Shown in pieces: positions 63,750-64,000 of a DNA stretch of 64,000 bases. The notes beneath the pieces were generated by a model. It did no database searches. It was not told the origin of the DNA and worked only from the letters and a program-made list of their open reading frames with translations. This stretch comes from Podarcis vaucheri (Eukaryota). The stretch lies in the NCBI GenBank assembly GCA_965113315.1, contig OZ220364.1; one strand, 5' to 3'. Each line of letters opens with the position of its first letter. Positions within the stretch are counted from its first letter, which is position 1. Both the position numbers and the translations under genes were made by a program.

Positions 63750-64000
63750 TGCTTAAAGAGTCAATATCATAATGCTGTTATACAAATCTATGATGCAACC
63801 TCATCTGGAACATTGTGTACAGTTCTAGTCACCTCACCTCAAAAAAAAGGGTACTGTCGAGCTGGAAATGGTTTAAAAAAAAGGCAAACAAAATTATCAA
63901 GGGGCTGGATTAACTCCCCTATGAGGAAAGGTTGGAACTTGTGTGGCTTTTTAGTTTAGAGAAAAGGTTAGGTAAAGGGAGGGGAGACATGACAGACATG
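63750..64000 (+). mobile_element. Decayed CR1 ORF2 fragment
   Basis: Remnants of PHLE.CVQF.SPHLKK, YEERL and GDM motifs. Confidence 0.7.

Overview
Vertebrate genomic DNA; the repeat families point to a squamate, probably a lacertid lizard. The + strand carries the 3' part of TCF7 (TCF-1; TCF/LEF HMG-box Wnt effector), starting inside the long intron that follows the beta-catenin-binding exons, which are not in the window. Eight recognisable coding exons lie at 17777-52535, including the 87-nt context-domain cassette, both HMG-box exons, the basic tail, the C-clamp exon and a dual-acceptor, dual-frame last exon giving E, B, D and truncated tails. A long 3'UTR probably runs to about 57.2 kb. 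The - strand carries the last three coding exons and 3'UTR of SKP1, convergent with TCF7 as in the known vertebrate synteny. The rest is intron with CR1/L2 LINE fragments, Sauria/Squam SINEs, Tc1/mariner and hAT MITEs, a probable solo LTR, microsatellites and a 223-N gap. Nearly all ORFs in the supplied track are spurious. The main new observation is a candidate 93-nt in-frame, Ser-rich cassette exon (43355-43447) between the HMG box and the basic tail. A downstream intronic element can pair either with the exon body (23/25 bp) or with the sequence just after its 5' splice site (17/18 bp), a possible RNA-structure splicing switch. All family and homology assignments are from recall; no searches were run.
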